DNA of 6,957 nucleotides from a virus (Duplodnaviria; Heunggongvirae; Uroviricota; Caudoviricetes): IMG/VR virus record IMGVR_UViG_2671180473_000006; one strand, 5' to 3'. Shown piece by piece: positions 5,956 to 6,957 of this stretch (position 1 is its first letter; each line of letters starts with the position of its first letter). The notes under the pieces were generated by a model. It saw only the letters and a program-made list of their open reading frames with translations, ran no database searches and was not told where the DNA came from. The position numbers and the translations under genes were made by a program.

Positions 5956-6032
5956 GCGTTGTTAGCTCAGCCGGACAGAGCAATTGCCTTCTAAGCAATC
6001 GGTCACTGGTTCGAATCCAGTACAACGCGCCA
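5956..6032 (+). tRNA. tRNA-Arg, anticodon UCU (reads AGA/AGG), argU/argO-like
   Basis: Manually folded: acceptor GCGTTGT/ACAACGC, anticodon stem ATTGC/GCAAT with loop CTTCTAA, T loop TTCGAAT, CCA encoded. Confidence 0.9.
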
Positions 6033-6046
6033 CACTTATTTTCCCT

Positions 6047-6072
6047 GGCTCGCTTTTGCGGGCCTTTTTTTT
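6047..6072 (+). terminator. Rho-independent terminator after the tRNA cluster
   Basis: Stem GGCTCGC/GCGGGCC (one G-U pair), TTTT loop, followed by eight T (6065-6072). Confidence 0.7.
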
Positions 6073-6488
6073 AAATGTCTCACAATTCAGACGGTTGACA
6101 GTTGTCTGTTTTGCGGGGAGTTTGTTAAAAGAAACTGGCATGGTGAATCCCCCTGTGCGGAGGGGCAATCAGCGAGTAGGTATATGGGATAATCGCGGAT
6201 TCAGGTGCTGGTACTGAATTCACCGGGAGGCACCCGGCATCATGCAATGGCACATAGCGCCACTCTCCAGCCCTCTCCGGAGGGGCTTTTCTGTGCCGGA
6301 TACATCACAGTTTCTGGAACCTTAGGTACTACAGTATCAGTCAGGGTGCTATATTTTCAGATGTGATGAAAGCCTGTCAGCAGGCAGGGCGTATCGGAAA
6401 TGACCCAGTAGAGAAAACGTTGACTCAGATACCGGTGCTGAGTTACCGGGAAACCGGCATCACATGACCGCTATCCTGAGGTGTACTG

Positions 6489-6855
6489 NNNNNNNNNNNN
6501 NNNNNNNNNNNNNNNNNNNNNNNNNNNNNNNNNNNNNNNNNNNNNNNNNNNNNNNNNNNNNNNNNNNNNNNNNNNNNNNNNNNNNNNNNNNNNNNNNNNN
6601 NNNNNNNNNNNNNNNNNNNNNNNNNNNNNNNNNNNNNNNNNNNNNNNNNNNNNNNNNNNNNNNNNNNNNNNNNNNNNNNNNNNNNNNNNNNNNNNNNNNN
6701 NNNNNNNNNNNNNNNNNNNNNNNNNNNNNNNNNNNNNNNNNNNNNNNNNNNNNNNNNNNNNNNNNNNNNNNNNNNNNNNNNNNNNNNNNNNNNNNNNNNN
6801 NNNNNNNNNNNNNNNNNNNNNNNNNNNNNNNNNNNNNNNNNNNNNNNNNNNNNNN
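6489..6855. other. Run of 367 N (assembly gap or masked sequence)
   Basis: Read directly. Translated X tracts in the ORF track are artefacts of this run. Confidence 0.95.
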
Positions 6856-6957
6856 TTGCCTTCTAAGCAATCGGTCACTGGTTCGAATCCAGTACAACGC
6901 GCCACACTTATTTTCCCTGGCTCGCTTTTGCGGGCCTTTTTTTTAAATGTCTCACAA
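6856..6957 (+). repeat. Exact 102-bp second copy of 5984-6085: the 3' two-thirds of tRNA-Arg(UCU) (to 6904) plus its terminator
   Basis: Base-by-base identity between 5984-6085 and 6856-6957, offset 872 bp. The 5' part of the copy, if present, lies inside the N run. Confidence 0.9.

Noticed and set aside
5962-6217. ORFs 5984-6217 (+) and 5962-6168 (-)
   Set aside because: Both overlap the tRNA-Arg(UCU) gene and its terminator; they are tRNA-derived artefacts.
6088-6488. Shiga toxin (stxAB) or other toxin cargo downstream of the tRNAs
   Set aside because: I looked for an stxA-like start and signal peptide ORF, but the readable sequence has no ORF with an RBS. Whether cargo lies in the masked gap cannot be judged.
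6088-6488. Retron-like msr/msd non-coding RNA
   Set aside because: No reverse transcriptase ORF is visible and I found no convincing flanking inverted repeats at the expected spacing.
6460-6946. Three ORFs translated through the N run (long X tracts)
   Set aside because: They are artefacts of translating ambiguous bases; nothing can be inferred.
1-6957. CRISPR array or tandem direct-repeat array
   Set aside because: No regularly spaced short direct repeats were seen; the only long repeat is the 102-bp tRNA/terminator copy flanking the gap.

Overview
This window reads as the nin-to-late-operon segment of a lambdoid (enterobacterial, E. coli/Shigella/Salmonella-like) prophage, with every supported gene on the + strand. 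Left to right: the 3' end of an unidentified gene; three translationally coupled small ORFs (two are paralogs, the third a 27-aa hydrophobic peptide); a complete hok/mok type I toxin module with its RNA regulatory elements; a Rem-position ORF that overlaps a second open frame; a DUF968/YdfU-like protein with an HNH-like Cys/His motif; the RusA Holliday-junction resolvase; a lambda-type Q antiterminator carrying four CxxCxGxG zinc-finger motifs; the late promoter PR' with the lambda-identical AACGAT pause element and a short tR'; a small winged-helix-like ORF; a beta-class N6-adenine DNA methyltransferase; and three tRNA genes (Ile2-CAU, Arg-UCG, Arg-UCU) in the position where Stx phages carry ileZ-argN-argO. 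No stx gene follows: there is a ~400-bp ORF-free stretch, then a 367-nt run of N, then an exact 102-bp copy of the tRNA-Arg(UCU) 3' part plus terminator. I see no recognisable defence system, CRISPR array or toxin cargo in the readable sequence. The points most worth a second look are the masked gap with its flanking repeat, the wHTH + methyltransferase unit, the dual-frame region at 1497-1852, the ORF-free region after the tRNAs, and a strong local excess of Chi octamers including a perfect hairpin with Chi on both arms. All calls come from reading the sequence and remembered family features; no database search was run.
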